This document shows, piece after piece, positions 1 through 11,235 of a stretch of DNA of 64,000 bases (its first letter is position 1; each line of letters starts with the position of its first letter). Source of the DNA: Alphaproteobacteria bacterium (GTDB lineage: Bacteria; Pseudomonadota; Alphaproteobacteria; GCA-2746255); NCBI GenBank assembly GCA_965249135.1, contig OZ252220.1, positions 544,001-608,000 on the forward strand, in the 5' to 3' direction. Made by a program: the position numbers and the translations under genes. The notes under the pieces were generated by a model that worked only from the letters and a program-made list of their open reading frames with translations, was not told where the DNA came from and searched no databases.

Positions 1-558
1 CCCGAACACGGCATCCGCCGTCTTGTGGTCGAGGTTCCCGGTCGGTTCGTCCGCCAGCAGGATGGCCGGGCGGTTGGCAACCGCGCGCGCAATCGCCACG
101 CGTTGCTGTTCGCCGCCGGAAAGCTCGGCCGGACGGTGGGCGAGGCGCCGGCCAAGGCCAACGATTTCAAGGAGTTCAACCGCCCTACCCGCCGCCTCTT
201 CCCTTGAGGCCCCATCGATCATCTGGGGCAGCGCCACGTTTTCCAGCGCGGTGAATTCCCCAAGCAGGTGATGGAACTGATAGACGAAGCCAAGCTCCGT
301 GCGGCGAGCCTCGGTCCGGTCGAGATCGGAAAGCGGGCCACAAGGCCGGCCGCTGATCTCGACCTCGCCGGAATTGGGCCGCTCCAACAGACCGGCGATG
401 TGCAGAAGCGTCGATTTCCCGGCGCCGGACGGCCCAAGAAGGCCCACGATTTCACCCTCTTCCACATCGAGCGATACCTCGCGAAGCACATCCAGCCTCG
501 CTTCGCCCTGCAGATAGCTCCGCCGGATCGCATTCAGACGAAGGATCGGTTCACTCAT
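1..558 (-). CDS. lolD: Lipoprotein-releasing ABC transporter ATP-binding subunit (runs off window start)
   Basis: ATG at 558 overlaps the lolE stop. Translation MSEPILRL...[12 protein letters not shown] (Walker A)...[18 protein letters not shown]...LLANSVA region matches LolD; directly downstream of lolC/E. Confidence 0.9.
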   Translation of the reverse strand, partial: MSEPILRLNAIRRSYLQGEARLDVLREVSLDVEEGEIVGLLGPSGAGKSTLLHIAGLLERPNSGEVEISGRPCGPLSDLDRTEARRTELGFVYQFHHLLGEFTALENVALPQMIDGASREEAAGRAVELLEIVGLGRRLAHRPAELSGGEQQRVAIARAVANRPAILLADEPTGNLDHKTADAVFG

Positions 559-1801
559 AGCGAAGCGCTTCGACCGGATCGAGCCGCGCCGCCCGCCAGG
601 CAGGATAGAGGGTGGCAAGAAAAGACAGAGCCAATCCCATGAGGACGATACCGCTTACCTCCGCCCAGTCGATCTTCACGGGCAAATGGGAAAGGAAGTA
701 GATCTCGGCCGCGAAAAGCTCGGTTCCGCTGATGCCTTCGAGCAAATCGCGGATCGCTTCGATGTTCAGCGTGAAGGCAAGCCCCAGGATGAAGCCGGCG
801 ATCGTTCCCGTCACCCCTACGCCGGCGCCGCAAAGGAAGAAGATGCGCATGACCATGCCGCGGGTGGCCCCCATCGTCCTCAAGATCGCGATCGCCTGTC
901 CCTTGTCCTTCACCAGCATGATGAGGCTGGAGATGATGTTGAAGGCGGCAACCAGAATGATCAGTGTCAGGATCAGGAACATGACGTTCCGCTCGACCTT
1001 GATCGCGTTGAAGAAACTCGCATTCGACTCCTGCCAGTCGTAAATGCGTTTGCCGGCACCCGCCACGGCGACGATGCGCGGGCGAATTTCATCGACCCGT
1101 TCGGGATCGGTGAGCATCAACTCCAGGCCCGAAACCTTGTTTTTCAACCGAAAGAAGAGCTGCGCCGCATCGAGCGGCATGAAGATGAAGGAGCTGTCAT
1201 ATTCGTACATGCCAATCTCGAAGGTGGCACCGAGCGTGTAGCCACGCAGGCGCGGCACGGTGCCGAAAGCGGTGACGTTGCCCTGGGGCGAAATGAGGGT
1301 GAGTCGATCGCCGACCCTAAGCCCGAGCTTTTCGGCCAGCCGGCTGCCAAGGACGATCGAATCGTCCTTGCCGTAAGCATCAAGGCTGCCCTCCTTGATC
1401 TGCTCCGCCACCATCTTGCGGGCCAGCAAGTCCTCGCGCCGAAGCCCGTGGACCATGGCGCCGCGAGCGACACCGTTGGCGGTGGCCATCACCTGGCCTT
1501 CGATAAGCGGCGCCACCTCGACGACGTCCTCCAAATTGATGAGTTCGCCCTTCAGCCGGTCGAAATCCTCAAGGGGCACCCCCATGCCATAGACGCCAAG
1601 GTGGCCGTTGAGCCCCAGGATACGCTTCACCAGCTCTTCCCGGAACCCGCCCATGACGGACATGACGATGATCAGCGTCGCCACGCCAAGCGCGATGCCA
1701 AGCAACGAAAAGCTGGCGATGATCGAGATGAAGCCTTCCTGCCGCCGCGATCTCAGGTAACGGCCGGCCACCATGCGCTCGAAGGGGGTAAACATGGTCA
1801 A
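551..1801 (-). CDS. lolE: Lipoprotein-releasing ABC transporter permease LolC/E
   Basis: [27 protein letters not shown] and C-terminal [18 protein letters not shown] motifs. Start may be the ATG at 1795. Confidence 0.92.
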   Translation of the reverse strand: MTMFTPFERMVAGRYLRSRRQEGFISIIASFSLLGIALGVATLIIVMSVMGGFREELVKRILGLNGHLGVYGMGVPLEDFDRLKGELINLEDVVEVAPLIEGQVMATANGVARGAMVHGLRREDLLARKMVAEQIKEGSLDAYGKDDSIVLGSRLAEKLGLRVGDRLTLISPQGNVTAFGTVPRLRGYTLGATFEIGMYEYDSSFIFMPLDAAQLFFRLKNKVSGLELMLTDPERVDEIRPRIVAVAGAGKRIYDWQESNASFFNAIKVERNVMFLILTLIILVAAFNIISSLIMLVKDKGQAIAILRTMGATRGMVMRIFFLCGAGVGVTGTIAGFILGLAFTLNIEAIRDLLEGISGTELFAAEIYFLSHLPVKIDWAEVSGIVLMGLALSFLATLYPAWRAARLDPVEALRYE

Positions 1802-3075
1802 CCTATGAGCCGCGCAAACGCAGATTCGGCTGAAAGTTCTTCGCTTTCACCATTAGCGCGACGTTTGAGCTCGACGACGCCGCTCTCTACCCCGCGCGGA
1901 CCGATAACGAGCTGCCAGGGAAGGCCGATCAGATCCATCGTGGCGAATTTCACGCCGGGCCGCTCGTCACGGTCGTCATAGAGCACGTCGACGCCGGCCG
2001 CCTGCAGCTTTTCATAAAGCGCATCCGCCGCCGCATCGCAAGCCCCATCCCCACTCCGCAAATTCACCAGACCGACCCGGAAAGGTGCGACCGCTTCCGG
2101 CCAGACGATCCCCTTCGCATCGTGGCATGCCTCGATGATGGCGCCGACCAGGCGTGAAATCCCGATGCCGTAAGACCCCATCTCGACGACGATGGTCTCG
2201 CCGTTGGGCCCGGTCACCTGGGCGTTCATGGCTTGCGAATATTTCGTTCCGAAATAGAAGATGTGGCCGACCTCGATGCCGCGCGCTTCGCGCAAGCGGT
2301 CCGGCGGCACGGCGCAAGACGCAGCATCGTGCTTCTCCTCCGTGCAGGCATAGAGCGCTTGGGCGGCCTCGACGTCGTCGGGGCCAAGGGAGTCGAGCTC
2401 CGAATCGTAGAAAATCCTGGTTTCGCCGGTCTCCGCCAAGACGTGAAATTCCTGGCTCAAGCTGCCGCCGATGGCGCCGGGATCGGCGCGCACGGCGATC
2501 GCGGTGAGCCCCATGCGGGCGAAGGTCCTGAAGTAAGTCTGGGCCATGTTCTCGTAGGACCGCTTCGCGCCCTCGAAATCGAGATCGAAGGAGTAGTTGT
2601 CCTTCATCAGGAACTCGCGGCCGCGCATGATGCCGAAGCGCGGGCGCACCTCGTCCCGAAATTTCCACTGAATTTGATAAAGGTTTTTCGGAAGATCCCG
2701 GTAGCTCTTGATGTAATGGCGGAAGATATCCGTGATCATTTCCTCATTCGTCGGCCCATAGAGCATCTCGCGCCCGTGGCGATCGCTGAAGCGCAGCATT
2801 TCCTGCCCGTAATCGTCGTAACGCCCACTTTCCCGCCACAATTCCGCCGGCTGGATGGTCGGCATCAGGACCTCCTGACAGCCGGCCCGATCCTGCTCGT
2901 CGCGGACGATCCGCTCGATCTTCTTAAGGACGCGCAAACCCAGCGGAAGCCAGGCGTAGATACCGGCGCTGGTCTGGCGGACCAGCCCGGCGCGGAGGCT
3001 TAAGCGGTGGGAGATGACCTGGGCTTCGGCCGGGGTCTCCTTCAGGGTCGGCAGGAAATAAAGCGATAAGCGCAT
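1798..3075 (-). CDS. proS: Proline--tRNA ligase (short alphaproteobacterial type)
   Basis: [15 protein letters not shown] start; class II motifs [11 protein letters not shown] and GIEVGHIF; MGSYGIG; anticodon-binding domain. Confidence 0.95.
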   Translation of the reverse strand: MRLSLYFLPTLKETPAEAQVISHRLSLRAGLVRQTSAGIYAWLPLGLRVLKKIERIVRDEQDRAGCQEVLMPTIQPAELWRESGRYDDYGQEMLRFSDRHGREMLYGPTNEEMITDIFRHYIKSYRDLPKNLYQIQWKFRDEVRPRFGIMRGREFLMKDNYSFDLDFEGAKRSYENMAQTYFRTFARMGLTAIAVRADPGAIGGSLSQEFHVLAETGETRIFYDSELDSLGPDDVEAAQALYACTEEKHDAASCAVPPDRLREARGIEVGHIFYFGTKYSQAMNAQVTGPNGETIVVEMGSYGIGISRLVGAIIEACHDAKGIVWPEAVAPFRVGLVNLRSGDGACDAAADALYEKLQAAGVDVLYDDRDERPGVKFATMDLIGLPWQLVIGPRGVESGVVELKRRANGESEELSAESAFARLIG

Positions 3076-3137
3076 GGGGCCTCGTGCGGAAGGGGCCAAA
3101 ACTTTAGGCAATGGCCATCCTTAATGCAACGGCAGAC

Positions 3138-3581
3138 CTATTTCGTCTTGGTGAGCTCGCGGCAGATTGCCGCCAGCTCATCGACCGACTCGGTGGCCAG
3201 CGGCTGGCCGTTGAAATAGGCCTTGTCCCCCTTGACGGTGACGACGCCGATATTGGCCTCCGGTCGGAAAGGCTCCGACGTGGCAGGAACCCCGAACCGT
3301 TTGTCGATCCTGACCGTGATATCGATCGTGAAATCCTTCGGCACCGCGATGGGATTGCTTCCCGCGACGTCGGCGGATACGACCGGCCGGCCGTGCACAT
3401 CGACGCCCGGCTGGTATGCCACGTCGGCCGCCGGCACGTGTTTGACGATCTTCAGGCAATCCGTGCGGCTCACCGTCAGGGCGTCCTCAGCCGCCGCCGG
3501 CCCCGCATAGGCAAGGCAGGCGAGCAGGACGGCCAGCCGAAAGGCGGGTCGGTGTCTATGAATGTTTGTGCTCGGGCCCAT
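3138..3581 (-). CDS. Hypothetical secreted protein
   Basis: Signal-peptide-like N-terminus (LAVLLACLAYAGPAAA), two Cys, PAADVAYQPGVDVHGRPVVSAD motif; codon usage typical of the window. Confidence 0.7.
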   Translation of the reverse strand: MGPSTNIHRHRPAFRLAVLLACLAYAGPAAAEDALTVSRTDCLKIVKHVPAADVAYQPGVDVHGRPVVSADVAGSNPIAVPKDFTIDITVRIDKRFGVPATSEPFRPEANIGVVTVKGDKAYFNGQPLATESVDELAAICRELTKTK

Positions 3582-3623
3582 GGCCGATCCCCTCCTGACT
3601 GCGGATTATAACCTCCGTACAAG

Positions 3624-3652
3624 AAAAACGGCCGCGGCGTTAGCCGCGGCCG
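3624..3652 (-). terminator. Rho-independent terminator
   Basis: 10-bp perfect GC stem (3629-3638/3643-3652), 4-nt loop, U5 tail on the minus strand. Confidence 0.8.
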
Positions 3653-3735
3653 AAAGTTCAGGGAGGAAACGTCCAGAAGACACCCTATCAGCCATGTAAT
3701 TCGCAAAGCGAAACTGTAAGGCCTCCTCATGGATA
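3624..3735 (-). ncRNA. Candidate trans-acting sRNA with anti-SD motif (UUUCCUCCC) and intrinsic terminator
   Basis: Minus strand reads ...GACGTTTCCTCCCTGAACTTT-CGGCCGCGGC-TAAC-GCCGCGGCCG-TTTTT. No credible ORF. 5' end is estimated from the upstream promoter-like sequence. Confidence 0.5.
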
Positions 3736-3757
3736 CATAGAATTTTGCATCCAGCCC

Positions 3758-3772
3758 TTAAAAAATGGTTAA
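3758..3772. promoter_or_regulatory. CtrA binding box
   Basis: Perfect TTAA-N7-TTAA (TTAAAAAATGGTTAA); the minus strand also reads TTAACCAT. Confidence 0.6.
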
Positions 3773-3800
3773 TATTTAAAGGAACTACCTGCCGGCATAG

Positions 3801-4352
3801 TCACGACTCATGCCCCCGTGTCCAGGGGGGTTTTGCTTTTAAAACAAGCTTGTAGACCGGGCAACCGGGGTCATGGGCGCCCGGCAGATAGCCGGTCCCC
3901 ATCAGGAATTCATTAACGATTTCTTTGCCCGTAAAGACGAATGCCTTGCGAAATATTGGAATCCACTCTTCCAGACTTCGCGGGTAAAGGGAATCGAGCC
4001 AGTCCGCAAAGGAGCCGTGGGCGGCGTTGCGCAGGCTACGAAGGCGCCGGGCGTTCTCGATGGCCGCCTCGATCTTCCGCCGGTTTCGGATGATGCCGGC
4101 ATCGCCCAACAGCCGGTCGATATCCCGCTTGCCGAAACGGGCGACCCGATCGATATCGAAGGCGCGATACGCCTTGCCAAACGCCTCGCGTTTCTTCAGG
4201 ACGGTGAGCCAGGAAAGCCCCGCCTGATTGATCTCCATGCAGAGACGTTCAAAAAGGACCGCATCGTCGCGGGTCGGAAAACCGTGTTCGTTGTCATGGA
4301 AGGGGCCGTGGAAGGGATGCCCTTTCGCGATCTCGCAATAGCTTGCCGCCAT
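3801..4352 (-). CDS. tag: DNA-3-methyladenine glycosylase I
   Basis: HDNEHG, LFERLCMEINQAGLSWLTVLKKR, GIIRNRRKIEA and GAHDPGC motifs. Confidence 0.9.
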   Translation of the reverse strand: MAASYCEIAKGHPFHGPFHDNEHGFPTRDDAVLFERLCMEINQAGLSWLTVLKKREAFGKAYRAFDIDRVARFGKRDIDRLLGDAGIIRNRRKIEAAIENARRLRSLRNAAHGSFADWLDSLYPRSLEEWIPIFRKAFVFTGKEIVNEFLMGTGYLPGAHDPGCPVYKLVLKAKPPWTRGHES

Positions 4353-4353
4353 C

Positions 4354-4593
4354 TCAATCCGGTTCGCGGAAGGACAGCAGATCCGCTTCGATCACAGTGT
4401 AGACGATCGCCCAAAGCACGGTCGCAATCGCCGTCGTTGCGCCCACTTTTTTCCACATATGCGGCTTGTCCGGGGCCCCCGCCATGTGCCCTTCCTCGAC
4501 GACATCCGGCTGTCGCACCCCCCAGGGCAGCACCATGAAAAGGACGAGCCACCAGATCATGGCGTAGACGAAAAGGCCGTTCATCCAGCCCAT
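4354..4593 (-). CDS. DUF1467-type small membrane protein
   Basis: MIWWLVLFMVLPWGVR...GAP motif with two TM segments; typical position downstream of mce. Confidence 0.8.
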   Translation of the reverse strand: MGWMNGLFVYAMIWWLVLFMVLPWGVRQPDVVEEGHMAGAPDKPHMWKKVGATTAIATVLWAIVYTVIEADLLSFREPD

Positions 4594-4594
4594 C

Positions 4595-4999
4595 TCAGAC
4601 CTCTTCGAGTTCGACCAGCGTGCCGCAGAATTCCTTCGGGTGCAGAAAGATCGTGGGCTTGCCGTGGGCTCCGGGCTTCGGCTCGCCGTCGCCGAGGATG
4701 CGGACGCCAAGGGATTTCATCTTCTCCAGAGCGACCGTCATGTCGTCCACCTCATAGCAAACGTGGTGGAGGCCACCGGCCGGATTGCGCTCCAGAAACT
4801 TTGCCACCGGCGATCCCTCGCCAAATGGGTGCAGCAATTCGATGTTCGTATTGGGCAACTTCACGAAAACGGTCGTCACCCCGTTTTCCGGCATGTCGAC
4901 CGGCTCGGTAACGGTGGCGCCCAGTTTGCTCCGGTAAAGCTCGGAGGCGGCTTTAAGATCGGGAACGACGATCGCCACGTGGTTCAGTTTTCCAATCAT
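4595..4999 (-). CDS. mce: Methylmalonyl-CoA epimerase
   Basis: LNHVAIVVPDL, GGLHHVCYEV, GAHGKPTIFLHPKEFCGTLVELEE. Confidence 0.93.
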   Translation of the reverse strand: MIGKLNHVAIVVPDLKAASELYRSKLGATVTEPVDMPENGVTTVFVKLPNTNIELLHPFGEGSPVAKFLERNPAGGLHHVCYEVDDMTVALEKMKSLGVRILGDGEPKPGAHGKPTIFLHPKEFCGTLVELEEV

Positions 5000-5028
5000 G
5001 TTTCTTTCCCCTTGCAGAAACCCCTATT

Positions 5029-6708
5029 CTAGCCCGAATCCCCGTCCAGGCGCACCAGATGGACTTCGACCTTCGGCTTCTTGCCGCTGACGTCGCGCAG
5101 GTAGCGCCGCGCCGCCAAGCGAATGGTGCGGGTGAGCACGTCCGCGTCCTTCCGCTCTTCCCCGCTAAGGTCGTCCAACGCCTCTGCCACCCGGATCGCC
5201 GCCTCTTCCAGCACGGCTGCGTCACTTTCCGCATCCAGAAGCCCAGGCGCCGTCACCTTCGGAGCCGCGGCAAGCGCACCGCTGCCATCGATCACCGCCG
5301 TCGCCACGATGAGGCCGTCAAGATGCATGGATCTGCGGGACTTTATCGTCACATCGCCCAGAGAGACCAGCCGTTTGCCATCGAGCGCCAGCCGGCCGGT
5401 CGGCACCTCGTCGATAATGTCGGCGCTTTCCTTGGTGATCCGCAAGAGCTCGCCATTCTCCACATGGATCGCGCCCGGTACCTGGCAGGCCTTGGCAAGC
5501 TCGACATGGGCCTTCAGGTGGCGCGGCTCCCCATGCATCGGGATGGCAAAGCGTGGCCGAACCCAGCCGTACATCCGCCGCAACTCCTCGCGCGCCGGAT
5601 GGCCCGAGACGTGGACGTCATGATCCGCCGTCGTGATGACCTCGATCCCGTTGCGGGCGAGTTCATTCTGAAGGCCGGCGATGGCACTTTCGTTCCCGGG
5701 AATGACCCGCGAGGAAAAGATCACCACGTCGCCGGCCTCGAGCCGGATGTTTCGATGCCCGCCTTTCACGATCTGGCTAAGGGCGGCGCGGGGTTCGCCC
5801 TGGGAGCCGGTGCAAACGATGACGATCTGGTCCCGCGGCATGTGGACGGCGGCCTCATCGTCAAGGAACGGCGGCAGATTTTTAAGCACGCCGGTCTCAC
5901 GGGCCACGCCATCGATCCGCCATAAGGAACGGCCGGCAAGCGCCACTTCCCTGCCGTTCGCCTTCGCTGCGGCCGCAATCGAAGAGAGGCGCGCGACGTT
6001 CGTTGCGAAACAGGCGACGACGACGCGATTCGAAAAGCGTGCGGTCAATTCCGTAAGCCGCCCTTGCAAGTCCGCTTCCGACCCCGATTCGCCTTCGACA
6101 AGTGCGTTCGTCGAATCGTTCGTCATGGCCAGCACACCCTCTTTCCCCAATGCCCGCAAGGCCACCTCGTCCGGCGGCGTGCCGATCAGGGGGTCCGGGT
6201 CGAGCTTCCAATCGCCGCTATGCAGGACAAGACCGAGCGGGGTGCGGATCGCCAGCGCATTCGGCTCCGGGATCGAATGGGTGAGCGTCACGAAGGTAAC
6301 CGCGAAGGGAGGAAGGTGAACCTCGCCGCCAAGGGCGACCTCGTGGATCGGCACTTCGCCTTCGAGGCCGGTCTCGGCGAGCTTGCGGCGAAGCAAGGCG
6401 GCGGTAAACGGCGTCGCGTAAACCGGACAGCCCAACCTCCGCCAGAGATAGGCGACGGCGCCCAGATGATCCTCATGGCCATGGGTCAGCACGAGGCCGA
6501 CGAGGTCTTCCCGGTGCGCCTCGATGAAGCTCAGGTCCGGCATCAGGATATCGATGCCGGGCGTGCCTTCCGGGGCAAAGGTGATGCCGAGATCGACCAT
6601 CAGCCATTTGCCGCCATAGCCATAGAGATAGCAGTTCATGCCGATCTCGCCGGCGCCGCCAAGCGGCAGGTAGAGAAATTCGTTCTTTTTCGGAAGCCTT
6701 GACGTCAC
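5029..6708 (-). CDS. rnj: Ribonuclease J
   Basis: [25 protein letters not shown] and HVSGH motifs. Start placed at the GTG at 6708, overlapping the coaX stop. Confidence 0.93.
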   Translation of the reverse strand: MTSRLPKKNEFLYLPLGGAGEIGMNCYLYGYGGKWLMVDLGITFAPEGTPGIDILMPDLSFIEAHREDLVGLVLTHGHEDHLGAVAYLWRRLGCPVYATPFTAALLRRKLAETGLEGEVPIHEVALGGEVHLPPFAVTFVTLTHSIPEPNALAIRTPLGLVLHSGDWKLDPDPLIGTPPDEVALRALGKEGVLAMTNDSTNALVEGESGSEADLQGRLTELTARFSNRVVVACFATNVARLSSIAAAAKANGREVALAGRSLWRIDGVARETGVLKNLPPFLDDEAAVHMPRDQIVIVCTGSQGEPRAALSQIVKGGHRNIRLEAGDVVIFSSRVIPGNESAIAGLQNELARNGIEVITTADHDVHVSGHPAREELRRMYGWVRPRFAIPMHGEPRHLKAHVELAKACQVPGAIHVENGELLRITKESADIIDEVPTGRLALDGKRLVSLGDVTIKSRRSMHLDGLIVATAVIDGSGALAAAPKVTAPGLLDAESDAAVLEEAAIRVAEALDDLSGEERKDADVLTRTIRLAARRYLRDVSGKKPKVEVHLVRLDGDSG

Positions 6709-7472
6709 GCGTTCAGCCGATAGATCTGGACAAGCCCCTGCAGGGTCAGGTCCGGCACCAGATGCTTGATGCGGTCCGTCGCATCGTTGAAGAGAGGGGC
6801 CAAGCCCCCGGTCGCCACGACCGTCGTGGGCTGTCCGAATTCTTCGGTCATGCGGGCAATCATTCCTTCGATCAATGCCACATATCCCCAATAGATGCCG
6901 GACTGCATGGCGCTCACCGTCGTCTTGCCGATGACGCTTCCCGGATTGCGAATGGCAATACGCGGAAGCTTCGCCGCCGCCAAATGCAGCGCTTCAAGCG
7001 AAAGATTGATTCCCGGTGCGATGGCACCGCCGCAATAGGCCCCCTCTGCATCGACGAGGTCGAAGGTCGTCGCCGTCCCGAAATCGATGACGATCAGCGG
7101 GCCTTCGAAAAGCCGATGGGCGGCGACCGCATTGACCAACCGGTCGGCCCCTACTTCCTCCGGCCGATCCACATGAACCTCCAACCCCGGATCAACGCCC
7201 TCCTCGCCGACCACCATCGGGTCCGAGTTGAAGTAATCCCGGCACAGGCTCTTCAGGTGAAAGAGCGCCTCCGGCACGACGGAGGCGATGATGGCCGCAT
7301 CGATATCAGCGGGTTTGCGATCTTCCGTCGCCATCAACTGGGTCAGCCACACGGCGTATTCATCCGAGGTGCGCATCGTCGCCGTCGAGCTTCGCCATTG
7401 ACCTGCGATCTTCTCGCCATCGAAGATCGCAAAGACGATGTTCGTATTGCCTGAATCGATTGCCAGCAGCAT
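6705..7472 (-). CDS. coaX: Type III pantothenate kinase
   Basis: [30 protein letters not shown] motifs. Confidence 0.94.
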   Translation of the reverse strand: MLLAIDSGNTNIVFAIFDGEKIAGQWRSSTATMRTSDEYAVWLTQLMATEDRKPADIDAAIIASVVPEALFHLKSLCRDYFNSDPMVVGEEGVDPGLEVHVDRPEEVGADRLVNAVAAHRLFEGPLIVIDFGTATTFDLVDAEGAYCGGAIAPGINLSLEALHLAAAKLPRIAIRNPGSVIGKTTVSAMQSGIYWGYVALIEGMIARMTEEFGQPTTVVATGGLAPLFNDATDRIKHLVPDLTLQGLVQIYRLNA

Positions 7473-8249
7473 CTAGAGACTCTCTAAAATGTCCATTGGA
7501 AACACATCGCCGGATGTAACCCGGCTTGGGTCTTTGTCCCCTTCTTTCAAAACGAGAAGGGCGCCATCTTCATCGAGGCCCGTAAACGTTCCCTCGAAGG
7601 TTTCCTTGTCCAGCCGCACGCGAATCGGTCCACCAAGACCCGCCGCATGCCGCAACCATGCCTCGCGTATGGGACGGAACCCTTCATCTCGCCACTCGTT
7701 GTAGCAAAAGAAGAAGGAGCGGCCGAACGCTTCCACCAATTCGGCGATTTCCGGTGGTTTGGCCCCTTGGGCATGAAGCGAGGTCGCCGGCCATTCGACC
7801 CCTTCCGGGTAGGTCTCGATGTTGATTCCGACGCCAAGCACGACCCATTCAAGGGTCTGCGTCTTGCCCATCGTCGATTCGGCGAGGATGCCGGCGATCT
7901 TACGGCCGTTCACCAGGACGTCGTTCGGCCATTTGTAGCGGAGGGGCGTGGCTTCGTCCAAATAACGGGAAAGGAAGTGGCCGACGCCAAGGGCGGCGAC
8001 GAAGGCAAGCTGCAGGGCCTCCGCCACTTCGCAAGCCGGCTTCAGGATGAACGAGGCATAGAGGTTGCCGGGTGGCGAGATCCATTCCCGCCCACGCCGG
8101 CCGCGCCCTTTTGTCTGGGCTTCCGCCCACAGAAGCGTGCCATGGCCGGCGCCTGCCTCGGCGCGGCGGCGCGCCTCGCTATTCGTGCTCTCGGTGCGGC
8201 CGAGTGCGATGGAGGTAAGGGGCTGGTCTTGCTTGGACGTCGGCCTCAT
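7473..8249 (-). CDS. birA: Biotin--[acetyl-CoA-carboxylase] ligase
   Basis: [18 protein letters not shown] and KIAGIL motifs; no N-terminal HTH. Confidence 0.93.
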   Translation of the reverse strand: MRPTSKQDQPLTSIALGRTESTNSEARRRAEAGAGHGTLLWAEAQTKGRGRRGREWISPPGNLYASFILKPACEVAEALQLAFVAALGVGHFLSRYLDEATPLRYKWPNDVLVNGRKIAGILAESTMGKTQTLEWVVLGVGINIETYPEGVEWPATSLHAQGAKPPEIAELVEAFGRSFFFCYNEWRDEGFRPIREAWLRHAAGLGGPIRVRLDKETFEGTFTGLDEDGALLVLKEGDKDPSRVTSGDVFPMDILESL

Positions 8250-9718
8250 CCGGCGAAAAGAGCGGCGGCGGCCACGGCGGCGCCGTTCAGAAGCGGCGCC
8301 GGATAGGCAAAGAAGAAAAGCGTCACGGCGGCCGTGCTCCCCAGAATGAGGGTGATTTCGCGCCCGATGGGACGGTCGAAGCTTTCGAGGGCGTCTTCGA
8401 AATACATGACCCGGACGATCCTTAAATAATAATAGGCGCCGATGACGCTTGCCAGCATGCCGATGATGGCAAGCGTGTAAAGCTCGGCGTCAATGGCGGC
8501 CAGGAACACATAGAGCTTGCCGAAGAACCCTGCCAAGGGGGGAATCCCCGCCATCGAAAACATGAAGATGGCAAGCGCCAGCGCCATCGCCGGATTCGTC
8601 TTCGAAAGCCCGGCCAGATCGGAAATCTCTTCCGTCATGCGCCCCTTCTGGCGCATGGAAAGAATGCAGCAGAACGTGCCGACGTTCATGAAGAGGTAGA
8701 TCGCCATGTAAATCAGGACGCCGCGAATGCCGGCTTCCGTCCCGGCCGCCAGGCCGACGAACGCATAACCGATATGGCCGATCGAGCTGTAAGCCATCAG
8801 CCGCTTGATGTTCGTTTGATTCAAGGCGGCCAGCGCACCCAGCACCATCGAGGCGATGGAAATGACGAGGATGATTTGCTGCCACTGAAGGACGAGCTCG
8901 CCGAACGGGCCGATGAGCACCCGCAGGAACAAACCGATGGCGGCAATCTTCGGTGCGACCGAGAAAAAGGCGGTCACGGGCGTCGGTGCGCCCTCGTAGA
9001 CGTCCGGTGTCCACATATGGAACGGAACCGCGGAAACCTTGAAGGCAAGCCCCGCCATCAAGAAAACGACGCCGACGATGACGCCGGTCGAAGGTGCCGT
9101 CTCGCCGGTGTCGATCAACTGGGCGGCAAGGGAATCGAAATTCGTCGTGCCCGTAAAGCCGTAGATCATCGAAGCGCCATAGAGGAGCATGCCGGAAGCG
9201 AGCGCGCCTAGGACGAAGTATTTGAGTCCCGCCTCCGTCGAACGCAGCGAATCCCGGCGAATGGCGGCGACAACGTAAAGGGAGAGGCTCTGCAGCTCGA
9301 GACCCATATAAAGCGAAATCAAATCGTTCGCAGACAGCATCATCAGCATGCCGACGGCCGCAAACAGCACCAGGATCGGGTACTCGAAACGGGCGAACCC
9401 TTCCTGCTCGTTATAGGCGTGGGCCATGATCAGCGTTAAGGCCGTGCCAAGCAGGACGAGAAGCTTCATGAAGGCCGAGAAACTGTCCGAGACATAAAGG
9501 CCGCCGAAGGCCGTCGCCCGCTCGCCAAGGCCGGTCGGCACCATTAGAAGCGCAACCACGATCGCCAGCACGGCCGTGATCAGGATGCCGCTGGTCGAGG
9601 TTTTCTTCTGAAACACGCCAACCATCAAAAGCACCATCGCCGCCGACACCAGAAAGAGTTCCGGCAGTGCGAGCAGAAGGTCGGGATCGAGGTCCGAAAT
9701 CATCATGGAAGCATTCAC
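8246..9718 (-). CDS. nuoN: NADH-quinone oxidoreductase subunit N
   Basis: [30 protein letters not shown]; last gene of the nuo operon. Confidence 0.95.
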   Translation of the reverse strand: MNASMMISDLDPDLLLALPELFLVSAAMVLLMVGVFQKKTSTSGILITAVLAIVVALLMVPTGLGERATAFGGLYVSDSFSAFMKLLVLLGTALTLIMAHAYNEQEGFARFEYPILVLFAAVGMLMMLSANDLISLYMGLELQSLSLYVVAAIRRDSLRSTEAGLKYFVLGALASGMLLYGASMIYGFTGTTNFDSLAAQLIDTGETAPSTGVIVGVVFLMAGLAFKVSAVPFHMWTPDVYEGAPTPVTAFFSVAPKIAAIGLFLRVLIGPFGELVLQWQQIILVISIASMVLGALAALNQTNIKRLMAYSSIGHIGYAFVGLAAGTEAGIRGVLIYMAIYLFMNVGTFCCILSMRQKGRMTEEISDLAGLSKTNPAMALALAIFMFSMAGIPPLAGFFGKLYVFLAAIDAELYTLAIIGMLASVIGAYYYLRIVRVMYFEDALESFDRPIGREITLILGSTAAVTLFFFAYPAPLLNGAAVAAAALFAG

Positions 9719-11235
9719 CTTACATGGGTAGCCATCGCCACGTTTTCCGACGCGATGCGTGCGAGTTCGTAACGTTCGACCAGGTTACCGACCGATTCGT
9801 GCAGCACGTCGAGGAAAGGGATCGGGTAAAGACCGACCCAAAAGACCATCACAACCAACGGCGCAAAGACCAGAATCTCACGGGGGCTCAGATCGAACAT
9901 GTCCTTCAGCGACTCCTTCGTAAGCTCGCCGAAAATGACCCGGCGGTAGAGCCAAAGCATGTAGGCGGCACCTAAGATGACGCCGGTCGCAGCCAGGAAG
10001 GCGACCCAGGTGTTTGCCTGGAAGGCGCCGACCAGCACCAGGAATTCGCCAATGAAACCGCTCGTTCCCGGCAGCCCGACGGAAGCCATCGTAAACACCA
10101 TGAAGACGAAGGCGTAGATCGGCATGCGATGGACGAGTCCGCCATAGGTCGCAATATCGCGGCTATGCATCCGGTCATAGACGACGCCCACGCAAAGGAA
10201 CAACGCCGCCGAAACGAAGCCATGGCTCAACATGATGATGATGGCGCCTTCCACGCTTTGCGTGTTGCCCGCAAAGATGCCGATCGTGACGAAGCCCATA
10301 TGGGCGACGGAGGAGTAAGCGATCAGTTTCTTCATGTCTTCCTGGGCAAGGGCGACCAGCGAGGTGTAGATGATCGCGATGATGCTGAGCGTGTATATCA
10401 ACGGCGTGAAATAGACGGACGCCTCCGGCAGCATCGGGAGCGAGAAGCGAAGGAACCCGTAGGCCCCCATCTTCAGGAGAACGCCCGCGAGGATGACGGA
10501 GCCGGCCGTGGGGGCCTCGACATGGGCGTCCGGAAGCCAGGTATGCACCGGCCACATCGGCACCTTGACGGCAAAGGAAGCAAGGAACGCCAACCACAGC
10601 CAATACTGCATCTCGACCGGGATCCGCACGTTCAGCAGGGTCGGGATGTCGAAGGTGTCGGCGTAGAAGTAGATGGTAAGGATGGCCAGCAACATCAAAA
10701 CCGAGCCGACGAGCGTGTACAGGAAGAACTTGAACGCCGCATAGACTCGCGCGGACCCTCCCCACACGCCGATGATCAGGAACATCGGGATCAGCACGCC
10801 TTCGAAGAAGATATAGAAGAGAACGAAGTCCAGCGCGCAGAACATGCCCACCATGAACGTCTCAAGCACGAGAAAGGAGATCATGTATTCCTTGACGTGC
10901 TTCTGGATGGTCTCCCAGCTTGCCAGCACGCAAATCGGCGTCAAAAGCGTCGAAAGCAGCACGAAGAAGACGGAAATCCCGTCCACGCCCAAGTGGTAGT
11001 TGATATCGAAGCCGGGAATCCAGGGCATTTCCTCTTCGAATTGAAACGCCGAGGTCGTCGTGTCGAAGTTCGTCCAAAGCAGGATGGAAAGCGCAAAAGT
11101 AGCAAGCGACGTCCACAGTGCGACGTTGCGGACGTTGCGGTTCTGCACCTCTCCCTCACCCCGGATCAGCAGGATGAACGCCACACCCACGAGCGGGAGG
11201 AAGATGACGAGGCTAAGAAGCGGCCAATCCTGCAT
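9715..11235 (-). CDS. nuoM: NADH-quinone oxidoreductase subunit M
   Basis: [20 protein letters not shown] motif. Confidence 0.96.
   Translation of the reverse strand: MQDWPLLSLVIFLPLVGVAFILLIRGEGEVQNRNVRNVALWTSLATFALSILLWTNFDTTTSAFQFEEEMPWIPGFDINYHLGVDGISVFFVLLSTLLTPICVLASWETIQKHVKEYMISFLVLETFMVGMFCALDFVLFYIFFEGVLIPMFLIIGVWGGSARVYAAFKFFLYTLVGSVLMLLAILTIYFYADTFDIPTLLNVRIPVEMQYWLWLAFLASFAVKVPMWPVHTWLPDAHVEAPTAGSVILAGVLLKMGAYGFLRFSLPMLPEASVYFTPLIYTLSIIAIIYTSLVALAQEDMKKLIAYSSVAHMGFVTIGIFAGNTQSVEGAIIIMLSHGFVSAALFLCVGVVYDRMHSRDIATYGGLVHRMPIYAFVFMVFTMASVGLPGTSGFIGEFLVLVGAFQANTWVAFLAATGVILGAAYMLWLYRRVIFGELTKESLKDMFDLSPREILVFAPLVVMVFWVGLYPIPFLDVLHESVGNLVERYELARIASENVAMATHVR

Noticed and set aside
6709-6891. 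Long N-terminal extensions in the ORF track (rnj, nuoE, nuoF, nuoB, clpP, helicase, hpnB)
   Set aside because: Artefacts of longest-ORF calling; they overlap upstream genes, and conserved N-termini begin at downstream starts.
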